A stretch of DNA of 64,000 nt from Eledone cirrhosa (GCA_964016885.1 OZ024741.1:194680001-194744000), one strand, 5' to 3'. Positions 37,373 through 49,920 are shown, counted from the stretch's first letter. Notes: generated by a model not told the origin, from the sequence alone. Program-made: numbers and translations.

Positions 37373-37628
37373 ATGGATATGGACACAGGCATTCAAGACT
37401 TAAAGATGAAATTGTCTGGCGAAGACTTGAATGCAAAAGGGGGAAGGGGTAATTTGGAAATAGTAAGCATCATTTTTGTGTTTACAGCTAACGTTCTCTA
37501 CAGTTTGGCTGCCCTCACACATGCTTGGTTCCAGCTACCACCCCACTCCTTTTATGGTTTATGGTGGGTTAAGTTCTGTGATTACCTTCGTTGCCAGATT
37601 ATTCCAGCTTTCTATGCAGAGGAACCAG
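37373..37628 (+). CDS. Claudin/PMP22/EMP-superfamily tetraspan protein, coding exon 1 (TM1 and first extracellular loop)
   Basis: MDMDTG...LEIVSIIFVFTANVLYSLAALTHAWF..FYGLWWVKFCDYLRC contains the W-GLW-C-C signature; phase-1 donor CAG|GTATGA; candidate upstream acceptor TTTCAG at 37333. Confidence 0.85.
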
Positions 37629-37823
37629 GTATGATATTTCTAGAACTTTCAGAATTTTTTATTTTTAATCTACTGTAATGAAGTGCTTTGGTCATGTTAC
37701 ATCATTGTTATCATTTTATATCTGCTTTTCCATACTTGCTTGTGTGAGAAAGGTCTTTTTCAGCACAGCATCTCTCTGTTCATTGCAATCTTTTATCATA
37801 ACATCCATGAGCTTGGCTGATAT

Positions 37824-38073
37824 CGCTTGGGGATCCAGCCGGATCACTTGGAGACGGTTGTTTCTGACAGGACCCGCTGGAAGGGGTGTTTGAGGACTCT
37901 ACCCCCATGACCCTCTCAGGAATAAGTGGGTGAAGAAGATATTTATACTTTTCTTTCTCTTCTTTGCCCACTTATTCCTGAGAGGGTCATGGGGGCAGAG
38001 TTCTCAAACACTACCTCCAGCGGATCCTGTCAGAAGCAACTGTCTCCAACTGATCCGACTGGATCCCCAAGCG
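37824..38073. repeat. Tail-to-tail inverted pair of RTE 3' ends within an intron
   Basis: About 105-bp arms including a perfect 28-bp match CCCCATGACCCTCTCAGGAATAAGTGGG / CCCACTTATTCCTGAGAGGGTCATGGGG, separated by ~36 nt. Confidence 0.88.
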
Positions 38074-38773
38074 TGACCTCTCCTTAACAAGGAGATCCCT
38101 GTGTAATTGGAACAATCTCTCTTGTCTCCCTTTTTGAAAATTGGGATTTTCACTCCCGATTAGCATTGCTTAGGTGCCTTTCCAGAGATCCAGGCCACCT
38201 GGTATACATGAATCAGCCAGACAATACCTACTCTATTTAAGGCTTTTAACATCTCCAGCCAGATTTCAACTTCTCCAGCGGCTTTGCCATATTTGAGCTC
38301 TTTAGTTGCTCTTTTGACCTCAGCCTCTGAGAGATTAGTCACTGTTCCCAGATGCACCTTGTGTACATCAACATTTTTTTAGAGAAATTTTTGTTAAGTA
38401 ATGCTCTAAACATCAGCTTAATGATGAAAGGGTTAATTATTTTATTAAGTTACTCCAAATTTTTGATGATTTTCAAAATTAATTGAAACAGAAAAATGGT
38501 GACAAAAGAGTTAAACCTGTTAGTCAATCAGTTAGTGATGGTCTTTATTAGCAGGAATTAGATTCCAACATGAAATGTTGCTCATGAGACATCAGACATT
38601 CTTGTAAATTTTCATTTTACATTTTTAGCTAGTTTTCTCTTTTTGATTCAAATGCATTATTAATCACCACCTCCTCATCATCATCATCACCAATTTCCTC
38701 CCCTCTTCCTATTTCTCCACCTCACCACCACCATTATCATCAGTTATGTGATAAAAACTATTTCCTTTTGTAG

Positions 38774-38929
38774 CCTGGTACCATGTAATGCAAGGTCTCA
38801 GCCTCACTGGTTGGGTCAGTCTTGTGTTCTCTATGCTGATGCTTCTCTCTAAGAGACTTGATATTTATCTGCCTCCCATTCTACGAATTAATCGCCAGTT
38901 GACTGTATCCTCTTTGTGTCTCTTATCTG
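38774..38929 (+). CDS. Claudin/PMP22-superfamily protein, coding exon 2 (TM2 and start of TM3)
   Basis: Acceptor TTCCTTTTGTAG, donor CTG|GTAAGT, phase 1/1; (A)WYHVMQGLSLTGWVSLVFSMLMLL...LTVSSLCLLS joins in frame. Confidence 0.88.
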
Positions 38930-39033
38930 GTAAGTCTTTTATTTCATCAGTATTGCTTACAGATGACCTTTTGGGTAGAGTTAACACACAGGTTGCTTAC
39001 AGTAGCTTAAGCCTACATCTCTCTCTCTCTCTC

Positions 39034-39067
<34 letters not shown>

Positions 39068-39187
39068 CAGAGAGAGAGAGAGAGAGATGAGGTATTACCA
39101 GTTAAGCAGTAAGACCATTAGTTAACTTAACACTCTGTACTTAAGGAAAGTAGTGCAGATATTATTAGAAGGCTTCTTTGCCTGATT

Positions 39188-39225
39188 GCTAAGCTTATAC
39201 CATTTTGAAATGGTATAAGCTTAGC
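39188..39225. repeat. Perfect 18-bp inverted repeat with a 2-nt loop
   Basis: GCTAAGCTTATACCATTT-TG-AAATGGTATAAGCTTAGC. Confidence 0.9.
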
Positions 39226-39779
39226 TGTTGTGCAAAGAATCCCTTTGATAATATACATATATTTATATATATATTGTAATGTGAATAAATGAAACTGAAT
39301 TTAATTGATAAGAAAGAATCTAGAAATCCGAGATATTTTGAGGAGGGCTAATGATGTAATATTGCAGCCATCCTCGAAGTGAGTTTACACTAGATTGTGA
39401 ATTTTATTTGCTGAGAGAATAACAGCTATAATAGAATTTTGGTGACAGATAGATAGAAGGATTGATACATCACACCTCTGACCCTTATGCAGCAGAACAT
39501 CGGCAGAATCCATACATTCTGCTTCCCCCTCTTGCTCAGTAAAACTGATGTCTGTCGGACTGTTCACTGTTGCTCTCTGCCTTCCACACTTTCCAAGCAT
39601 GTCTCTTAGCTTTTATTGTCCTATCTCCAGTACTATTTCTCTACTATGTCACCTTCTGTCTGGTTGGTACCTTGCAAATCTCATTTATATATATATATAT
39701 ATATATATTTTACACACACACACACACACAGACACAGAAACCCGCTTTCCCATGCACACGGGCTGAAACATACATCTAG

Positions 39780-40130
39780 TATCATCATTTCATCATCATT
39801 TCATTTTACGTCCGCTTTTTCCCTGCTTGCAAGGGTGGGACGGGAACTGATGCTGGCTGGATTTCTACAGCTGGATGCCCTTCCTAACACCAACCTCATT
39901 TACAGTGAGTGCTGGGTGCTTTTTTGCCGTGGCACCTCCACGACCACTTTGCAGTGGAATGATAGGGACCCCAGCCCCTATCATCTCATTTCTACAGCTG
40001 AGTAAACTGGAGCAATGTGAAATAAAGTGTCTTGCTCAAGGAAACAACACATCACCCGGTCTGAGAATTGAACTCACAACCTTTCGATTGCAAGCCCAAT
40101 GCTCTAACCACTAAGCCATGTGCCTCCATA
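39780..40130 (-). mobile_element. tRNA-headed SINE with RTE-derived 3' tail
   Basis: Minus strand ATGGCTTAGTGGTTAGAGC...GAGTTCAATTCT head; tail CCCACCCTTGCAAGCAGGGAAAAAGCGGAC nearly identical to the RTE 3' end at 9560-9590. Confidence 0.85.
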
Positions 40131-40249
40131 GTATGTGCCTCCTTAGTATGCACCATGTGCCTCCTTAGTATGCACCACTTAATCCCTATCCTCCCTCCAT
40201 ACACCTTCCACGTCAAAACACTCTACCCACACCACTCCCCTCCTCAGTC

Positions 40250-41305
40250 CACACTATAAAGTAGTTGTTTTGGTGCCACAACAAAAAGCACCCAGTCCAC
40301 ACTGTAAAGTGGTCGTGTTGGTATCACGTCAAAAAGCACCTAGCTCACACTGTAAAGTGGTTGTTATGGTGCCATAGTAAAAGGCACCTAGTCCACACTG
40401 TAAAGTGGTCGTGTTGGTATCACGTCAAAAAGCACCTAGCTCACACTGTAAAGTGGTCGTGTTGGTATCTCGTCAAAAAGCACCTAGCTCACACTGTAAA
40501 GTGGTTGTTATGGTGCCATAGTAAAAGGCACCCAGTCCACACTGTAAAGTGGTCGTGTTGGTATCACGTCAAAAAGCACCTAGCTCACACTGTAAAGTGG
40601 TCGTGTTGGTATCACGTCAAAAAGCACCTAGCTCACACTGTAAAGTGGTTGTTATGGTGCCATAGTAAAAGGCACCCAGTCCACACTGTAAAGTAGTCGT
40701 GTTGGTATCACGTCAAAAAGCACCTAGCTCACACTGTAAAGTGGTCGTGTTGGTATCACGTCAAAAAGCACCTAGCTCACACTGTAAAGTGGTTGTTATG
40801 GTGCCATAGTAAAAGGCACCCAGTCCACACTGTAAAGTGGTCGTGTTGGTATCACGTCAAAAAGCACCTAGCTCACACTGTAAAGTGGTCGTGTTGGTAT
40901 CACGTCAAAAAGCACCTAGCTCACACTGTAAAGTGGTTGTTATGGTGCCATAGTAAAAGGCACCCAGTCCACACTGTAAAGTGGTCGTGTTGGTATCACG
41001 TCAAAAAGCACCTAGCTCACACTGTAAAGTGGTCGTGTTGGTATCACGTCAAAAAGCACCTAACTCACACTGTAAAGTGGTCGTGTTGGTATCACGTCAA
41101 AAAGCACCTAGTTCACACTGTAAAGTGGTCGTGTTGGTATCACGTCAAAAAGCACCTAGCTCACACTGTAAAGTGGTCGTGTTGGTATCACGTCAAAAAG
41201 CACCTAGCTCACACTGTAAAGTGGTTGTTATGGTGCCACAGTAAAAGGCACCCAGTCCACACTGTAAAGTGGTCATGTAGGTGTCATGACAAAAAACACC
41301 GAGCC
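40250..41305 (+). repeat. Minisatellite of 22 x 48-bp units with two alternating variants
   Basis: Unit A CACACTGTAAAGTGGTCGTGTTGGTATCACGTCAAAAAGCACCTAGCT; unit B CACACTGTAAAGTGGTTGTTATGGTGCCATAGTAAAAGGCACCCAGTC; runs directly into an RTE-type 3' tail at 41306-41485. Confidence 0.97.
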
Positions 41306-41965
41306 CACACTGTAAATGTGGTTGCTGTTAGGAAGGGCATCTAGCCATAGAAACTAAGCCAGAAACAGTTCTGTATGAGCAAGACACGGTCACCTGATCT
41401 GACTTGCCTCAAATAGGACAACCTGTGTAACCCAGGCTAACATGGAAAATGGACATTAAACAATAATGATGATGGTAATGATGATATATATAAAAGGAAA
41501 ATTGTCAGTTGTTAGGGTGTTGGATTGATGTGGTCAATTCTCTCTCTCTCTGGAATAATTCAGCTGTCCCAACCTAGAGAGGGATAGGTTACACCATGTT
41601 TCAAATGCCCAAGAAATACTGTGTATCCAGACAGTGTCCACATGACTCCAGAAAGTGACCTTATCTCTCCCTTGCTATCTCCCTCTTTCTTTGCCTCAAT
41701 CTGTCTCTCTCACTCTGTATTTGTCAGTTAATAATAATTGTTTCTACTTTTGGCACAAGGCCAGCAATTATCCCAGTGTATTATTGGTACTTTATTTTAT
41801 CGACCCCGTAAGGATGAAAGGCAAAGTTAACCTCGGCGGGATTTGAACTCAGAATTAATAAATAATAATAATAATGAAATTGTGTACAGTGCTCAGGTGC
41901 AGTGTTGTATTGTGTGACATTTGCTATCTATCTACTAATTAAATTTTGTTCTTTTCTTTCATTAG

Positions 41966-42120
41966 TTTCTGCCATCTCCACCAGCATTATAATGTTCTAC
42001 TCCAAATTAGATGAGTCCAGTCCAAGAGAAAGGCCCCAAATATCATGGTCAACTGTATTAGCTGGTGTTGCGTGCCTCTTTCAATTGTTAGCAGCTACAC
42101 TTTTGTTAATTGTCTCCTGA
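41966..42120 (+). CDS. Claudin/PMP22-superfamily protein, final coding exon (TM3, ECL2, TM4); spliced product 188 aa
   Basis: Acceptor TTTTCTTTCATTAG, phase 1; (V)SAISTSIIMFY...ISWSTVLAGVACLFQLLAATLLLIVS-stop has the WS..LA TM4 pattern; 256+156+155 = 567 nt, in frame. Confidence 0.88.
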
Positions 42121-42288
42121 TTGTGCCAATACAAACATTGGTCAGTGGTGCAGTTATGGACATCTCAAGACATATCTCCTCATTCCAATGGTTAACTTCT
42201 CAAAGTGTTTAGCCAATAGTTGCAAACTCTAATATTGAGATTCTCGGGGGATTTATTACACACACACACAAACACACACGCATATATA

Positions 42289-42345
<57 letters not shown>

Positions 42346-42504
42346 AATGAATAATAACAGGTAGACATCATAAAAAGATAATTTATTCTGTGTGCTTACA
42401 AATGTTTCCACGGTGGTACTACAGCCTAGTTATGCTATGTGCAAATTTACAACTATTTGCAGAACTCAAATATCCAATGCTGTGACCACTGTATCCTCAG
42501 ACCA

Positions 42505-42594
42505 AAATGGTTAAAATATGGTTAAAATAATGGTTGAAATAATGGTTGAAATAATGGTTAAAATAATGGTTAAAATATGGTTAAAATAATGGTT
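42505..42594. repeat. Short tandem array of ~12-bp AATGGTTAAAAT units
   Basis: About 7-8 copies. Confidence 0.9.
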
Positions 42595-42681
42595 CCATAA
42601 CTCGTAGAGTAACCTCTCACCGTATGTCAACCATATCCAGTGTAGTAATTAACCATTACTACATCTAGGATAATCCTATAC

Positions 42682-42745
<64 letters not shown>

Positions 42746-44831
42746 GTATATGTGTACAAATGAAACAAAAGAGTACACTATACATTTTTTTACTTTATCT
42801 GTAGGGAGACCGTGTGAGTTAACTGCCTGCCTACAAATATATAAATGATGTATCTTTATACATATACATATGTATATGTATCTCTATATATAAATGATGT
42901 ATCTTTATATATATATATATGTGTGTGTGTGTGTATGTATATATACATACACACACCACACACATCCATATATATAATGTGTATAATCTCCAATCATTTG
43001 TGATCAATTTCAATAGGAATTTTTTATACTGGAGGGAACTGAAATGAAAATTGTTGAAATATTAAAGTATTTTATGTCTCAATGCGAATAACCTGCATAC
43101 TGAAATGTACAATGTGTTTGTGTGTGTTTGTATGTGTGTGTGTGTGTGTGTATAGGTTTAGCTTCTCTGCATCATCGGAAATAACCAATATTACTAATTT
43201 ATTAAACCTGTTAGATATATAAATAAATAGTAGTGAGGGATTAAACCAGTAAATGGAAATTATCTGCATGAGGTAAAAAAAAAATGATGTTATTACAGGA
43301 AAAATGTAAATATAATTTATATTAACAGGGTGAAAAGAGCTGTTATCTCACTCATTCTATATAAATATTGTTAAATTTGAGTTTAAATTTGAGTTTGCAT
43401 ATTATTGAAAATATATTGCATATTAAATGAAGTAATGGGAAAGGGTGACAAATAGAAAAGACTACAGTAGCGAAGAAGGGAGATAAGTAGAAAAGACAAT
43501 TTCAAAATTTCATAAATAAATGATTCGTTGATCAAACATTTAATTATATACGTAGTTTGACCATCCTTGGAATATCTTACACCATTTTATGTTTCAATTA
43601 GATTACCTAGCCTCTCTACAAATGAACACATTTTTAACGAACCTTTTAAATTTAATGGTACCCTACATATAAACAATTTCAAAGAGAACATTACTTATAC
43701 TGAACCTATGAAAAAAGCTAGCCATAGAAATTGAAAAAATATCAGCTGGGTCAATCCACCATACAACTTAGAATTAGCCATACACATAACTAAACATTTC
43801 TTTTCTTTCCACTACAACATAGGTATTATAACATTTTCAGTAAGATTACCATTACAATCCATACATTGCCACACTTAACGTTGCTCAAATTTACTTTTAC
43901 TAACCTTTTAGTTCTTCTTTAGTTCCCTTTGCTCTCCATGGCGCATTGAGTGATGAGAGATCTCCATTCTGCATGGCTGCAAAGCCTATCACTAGCCTGC
44001 TCCCAGGCCAGGCTTAATTGAATTAGGTTTTCCATCAACACTCCTAATAATTGCAATTGTACTTGCCTTTTAAAATCTGCTTGGCTAAGGATATAGTGCA
44101 CCAAGGAAATGTACAAAGAGTTAACTCAACTAAAACATATATTGACGTTACTGCAAATCCTTTTAAACAAACACCCCTTCTTTTAGAAACTTTGCGGGAA
44201 GTATACCTCACTACTTTCAATTTATATATGGTAATTAAGGAAGAGGAATATACTGTATAACCTAATGTGCGAGGCTTTGTGTTTAGAGAATTGTTTTCAC
44301 ATTCATGAGGTTGCAAGTTCAATTCTGGAACGGGTGATATATTATGTCCTTGAAGAAGATACTTTATTTCACATTGCTCTTTCTGTCAGGAGTTAAACAT
44401 TGTTTCCTTGGTCTGATTTGATGAGTCTCACCCTACTCAGTATGCAAATGTCTGAGATCTTGTCAATCAGTTTGAACAATATATATATATATGTATATTT
44501 ATTGATAATCTGAGGTACTGGGGCTTGGAAGACCACAAATAAAAGAAGTATTTGATACCTCTTTTAGTCACCTCATTTAGAGGTAACTAGCCGAAACTAT
44601 AGAGTTTGCGGTTGATCTAACTCTTACTAATATATATAGTATGAATTTATTGAATTAGTAACTTTAGTTATCTCTGAGGATGTCAAGTGGCTGAAACAAA
44701 TAGCTCGTTTGTAACAAAACACTGAATAAACTAAACATACCCTGTCTCATGCAACTATTAAGTTATTTTTTAAATCATGGATTTCTTGGTCGAACAATCA
44801 GGGTCACCTAAATAAAATGTATATGTGTGTT

Positions 44832-44888
<57 letters not shown>

Positions 44889-45269
44889 CATACATAGATA
44901 TGTCTGTGTATATGTGTATATATATATATATATGTATACACATACCTAGATATAAACATTAAGACAGTGTTGTGTTATTACATAATCCAATTTATTACTC
45001 TAACCTGGTAATAATTTGAATTATGTAATAAAGCAGCCATGTCTTAATGTTCATATATATACCAATACTCCTTCATGTACTATTCTATGTGACCCCATAT
45101 CACAGTTGGGTACATACAACTGACGTGGAGTATTTAATCCTGCTTACACTCCAAATTATGGATTGAGATGGTGTGATCACAACCCTCTCAATCAAATAAA
45201 CTCTTAAATATAGACAATTATATCTACACACACATACACATATATGTATATACATACATGCATGTACAC

Positions 45270-45330
<61 letters not shown>

Positions 45331-45510
45331 CACGTGCACACACATACATGGTTTTATGCCTATTTTTCTTGCTTGGGTTAGAGAAGTTGTCACATTCTGA
45401 GACTAGATGTGTCAAAATACCACACTTTGCTCATATTTCATTTTGGAATAGTATCTGCAACTAGATGCCAATCACTTCATGATGAGTTCCTGGTATATTT
45501 TGTCATGACA

Positions 45511-45567
<57 letters not shown>

Positions 45568-45894
45568 CACAAACATACAAACATGATTCACACTAAGCAC
45601 ACATGCACCCAATTTCCTGTTTTTGTATAGTCATCTCTCCTGTCTACTCTTGATCTTTGAGAGTTATCTTCCTTGTATTTCTAGTTATTTTACTTCAATT
45701 CTGTATTTATTTTGATTTTGATTATTAAACAAAATAAATGAAATTATATTGTAATATGTAAAAATGGTTTTCCTGTCTTTATAACTGAAAAGCAAGTGAT
45801 GTTTGTGTTGTTTATTATCAATTATCTTATGCTGTTAATGATAGCTAAAATGAACTAAAGAATATATACAGACATTCACATATATATATATATA

Positions 45895-46028
45895 TAGTTC
45901 CACAGCAAATTAGCAAACCATACTCGAGAATGCACGTTTCACCAAGCAGATTTTCAAGGCTCGGGTTGAAAATCCGCTTGGTGAAATGCACATTCTCGAG
46001 TATAGTTTGCTAATTTGTTGTGGAACTA
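45895..46028. repeat. Imperfect ~63-bp inverted repeat with an 8-nt loop
   Basis: TAGTTCCACAGCAAATTAGCAAAC...GATTTTCAA-GGCTCGGG-TTGAAAATC...GTTTGCTAATTTGTTGTGGAACTA. Confidence 0.9.
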
Positions 46029-46909
46029 ACTCTATACTGAACTCGTCCTCTGGACTGAGGGCTCTACTTAGTATAGATATAACCTGGTTTTTTATCATAT
46101 ATATATATCATTGAGCTAAATGACCCCTGACAACAGATACTGTCTTTTGTAACGCTAAATATTAGCTTTTTAAAATATGAGAACATATTTGTAAATAAAC
46201 CTTGAAGCATTAAATGAGTTGAAATATTTTTGGAAATAAAGAAAATCTTGAATGCTGGAGAATTGCTGTGAAAACAGATATTGAAAATATACAGAAAAAG
46301 TGGCCAGCAGCCATTGCAGAGAAAAGCTTACATATATATATATGTATATATATATACATGAATATATACACACGTATACAGATATGTAGGTGCATGGCTT
46401 AGTGGTTAGGGTGCTGGGTTATTGATCATAAGGTTGTAAGTTTGATTCATGTTGTTCCAGTGCAATCAGTGTGTACAAATGAGTTGTATGTGTAATTCGA
46501 AGGGCCAGCCTTGTCACACACCGTGTTACGCTGAATCTCATTGCATAAAGGATGCACATGTTTGTGGAATGCCCATCGACATGTATGTTAATTTCATGAG
46601 CAGGCTGTTCCATTGATTGAATCAATAGGAGCACTGCTCAGAAATGATGGAAGTTCAACAACACACACATAAAAAAGAGCCCCTTCTCAGGCATGGGCAA
46701 CCTTTTGAAAGCAGTTGCCTTATAACTGATCTTGATGGAAAAATTGATTTGAACAATAATGCATCATATCTGAATACATGGAATGGACTTGTGTTGGTTT
46801 CAATGATGAGTATTCCAGTTGTTTGATCAACAGAATAACCTGCTCATTAAATTGATGTGTAAGTAGCTGAGCATTCCACAGACACGTGCACCCTTAACGT
46901 AATTCTCAG

Positions 46910-49900
46910 GGAGATAGTTCAAGCTTAGAATAACTGTAGGAAATAGAATGGTAAGAATTACATCTACCTATGCTCCACAGGCAATACTAAGTAAAGACCA
47001 AAAGGATAGGTTCTATGAGGAACTTTTACAGACAACTTCAGCTATTGATGAAAAAGACTTCATCATCCTGGTAGGCGACTTTAATGAACATATGGGACAG
47101 TACCAGGACAGGTTCTGTGGAGTTCATGGCAGCTATGGTTATGGCTCAAGAAATAAGGTCTTGAGGCTCCTGGAATTCTGTGACATGAATGAAGTAACCA
47201 TTTGCAACACAAATTTAAGGAAACCAGTAGCCAGCCAGCCACTTGATTTCATATCAATCAGGTAAACACAAGCCAAATTGATTACTTACTCGTAAGACGA
47301 GCTAAACGGACTGTAATAAACACTAAGGCCTTCTCTGGTGAAGAATATATTGCTCAACACAAGTTAGTTATTAGTGACTTCAAAATAAACACGAGACAGA
47401 ACAAAATACATAGGAAAATATGGAGACGGAATGTTTGGAAGCCAAAGGATCTTTCCGTTAGATACATATAATGTAGAGGACAACTGGAAATTCCTGCATG
47501 ACAACTTTTTGCAAACTACTGATGAGACTTGTGGCTGGAGTAAAGCGCCAGCCAGACAGAGGGTGACCTAAGGGTGGAACAGCACTAGATAGAGCCATTT
47601 AAAGCCAAGCGACAGGCATGGAAAGACTGGAAAAATGGGGGTAGCAGAGACCAGTAGCTAAGAGAAAAACCTGATGATAGGTATACACAGCTTGGTGAGA
47701 GTTTACCATTTTCTTAGGACAGGGGTTGGCAATCCTTGGCCCGTGAAGGATTTTTGTCTGGTCGACCTACAGGTTTCAATCTTAGGCTAAGCGATCCCTG
47801 AAAAAGTGCTCTGAATTATTTTGGATTAGAATACCAACTAGAGAACACGTCTAGCCACAAGACTTACTTAGCTGAACGTAATTTTTTGTGTGACTGTAAC
47901 AAACAATCAAACTCAGACAGATAGAATATTTAAACTTCAAAATATACCAAAGATCGTTTAAGGACAAGGCTGCATGATGACCATTTGGATGTTGCTCTAC
48001 TGTCCTCGACAAATATTTCGCCTGATGTAGTGAAGTTATCCAACAACAAGCAAACACAAGTATCTCATTAAACAATTTCCCACTTCTGATGTATTTTATT
48101 TGTAGTAAGGAATGTCATCAAAGTCATAAAATTCATTGTTCTTTAAATTATGGTAGCCTTCTGGACAGAACAGTCTGAAGTCGAGCAAATTTATTATATT
48201 TTGATATGGCCTGCTGACAAGACACTGCATAGCTATGTGGCCCGCTGATGAGACACTACATAGCAATTGAGATGTTGTTGGGGAAATTGAGTGTGTTAGT
48301 GTAAATTGAGATGTTCAAAAGAAAGAGGCCTGGAAATGTTACTATGATAGACTGATGTAGAGGATGAATGGGAGGAAGAGAAACTATTCCCAACTTACCC
48401 AAAGGAAGGACTAGCTATTGAAGTTGACAGTTTTAGGGTCAAATAAGCAATCAAAGAGATGAAGAGTGGTAAAGTTGCGGGACTATCAGAGATAGTTGCT
48501 GAGATGCTAAAAGCATTGGATGAAGTAGGAATCAAATTAGTAACAAGCATAATCAATCAGGTAATACAGGCCAGAGTCATACTCAATAACTGGCACAGCA
48601 ATACAATCATAAATTGCTACAAGGGCAAAGGTGATGCTCTAGAAAGGAGCAACTATAGAGTAATAAAACTAATGGACTAAGATATGAAAATAACAAAAAG
48701 AGTTATAGCACAGTTAATTAGGGAAAGAGTCAAATTAGACAAGATGCAGTTTAGTTTTATGCCTCTTCTTATTGAGGCAACAAGAGAAGTTCCTAGTCAA
48801 GATTAAGCCACTGTATTTAGCTTTTGTTGATTTAGAAAAGACCTTTGATAGAGTACCTCAATCTATTATCAGGTGGTTCTTAAAGAAATTAGGTGTAGAA
48901 GAATGGCTTGTGAGAGCAGTGCAAGCCATGTATAGAGGAGCTGTGAGTTTAGTGAGGAATTCAAGGTACTGTTAGGAGTTCATCAAAGTTAGGTTCTTAG
49001 CCCACTGCTGTTCATCATAATTTTCCAGCCCATAACAGAGGAGTTTCAGAACGGCTGCCCTTGGGAACTTCTCTATGTGGATGATTTAGTCCTTATAGCC
49101 AAATCCATAAAGGATCTAGAAAATGAATTCAGACTATGGAAACAGAATTTGAAATCAAAAGGTCAGAGAGTAAACTTAATCAAAACTAAAGTGCTAGTGT
49201 GTAGGAAAAAAGATAGGATGCTGATACCTTCAGGGAGACGCCTCTACTCAAAATGCAGAAAAGGAGTATGTATAAACTCTGTGCAATGCACACAATGTAA
49301 ATCCTGGGCACACAAGAGGCATAGTGAGATAATGAGTAAACTAACAGGAAAGGAAGACTTTGTATGTAGAAGATGGACAGGAGAAATCAAAGGGAAGAGC
49401 AGCAATGGTATAAACCCCTTCAAGTCACAGGAAGGATCCATAGAAGAGGTTGATAGCTTCTGCTATCTAGGTGACTTAATTAGCAGTGGAGGAGGTACTG
49501 AGAGTATAATAGCTAGAATAAAGATAGGATGAAAGAAGTTTAAGAGTTATTCGCACTGTTGACAACAAAAGGTTTCTCACTACATACAAAAGGATGACTG
49601 CTTGATGCCTGTGTGCAAAGTGCAATGCTGCATGGTAGTGAAACATGGACAGTGACTACAGAAGACATACATAGACTGGTGAGAAATGAAGGAGCCATAC
49701 TTCATTGGATGTGCAATGTAAATGTGAGAAAAAGGCAGAGCTTGGTATGGACATGTGATGCACAGGGATGATGATTGATGGGTGAAAAAATGGCAGGAAA
49801 TACCAGTGGAAGGAAGCCGCAGTAGAAGTAGACCAAGAAAGTTCAGGGCAACGCAGAGGTGATGACAAAGGAATGCAGCGAGTGGAGAGATGCTGTGCTG

Positions 49901-49920
49901 AGAAGGACCTGTCCAACTGA
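46910..49920 (+). mobile_element. Long decayed RTE LINE (APE endonuclease, RT and C-terminus), interrupted at ~47700-48270
   Basis: YAPQ, GDFN, IDYLL endonuclease motifs; FVDLEKTFD, ELLYVDDL, FCYLGD RT motifs; degenerate Cys/His finger. Confidence 0.92.
47720..48270 (+). mobile_element. hAT-Charlie-like non-autonomous fragment nested in the RTE
   Basis: Starts CAGGGGTTGGCAATCCTTGGCCCG; contains an RTRLHDDHL-like dimerisation-domain remnant; right end not resolved. Confidence 0.55.

Noticed and set aside
40250-41305. CRISPR-like array (constant CACACTGTAAAGTGG with alternating intervening sequence)
   Set aside because: The intervening parts are two recurring variants, not unique spacers; there are no cas genes; the context is eukaryotic and the unit derives from a retroposon 3' UTR.
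40265-41344. His/Cys-rich repeat proteins (143 and 183 aa ORFs)
   Set aside because: No ATG start, an internal stop between them and an intronic location; the open frame follows from a 48-bp unit lacking stops.
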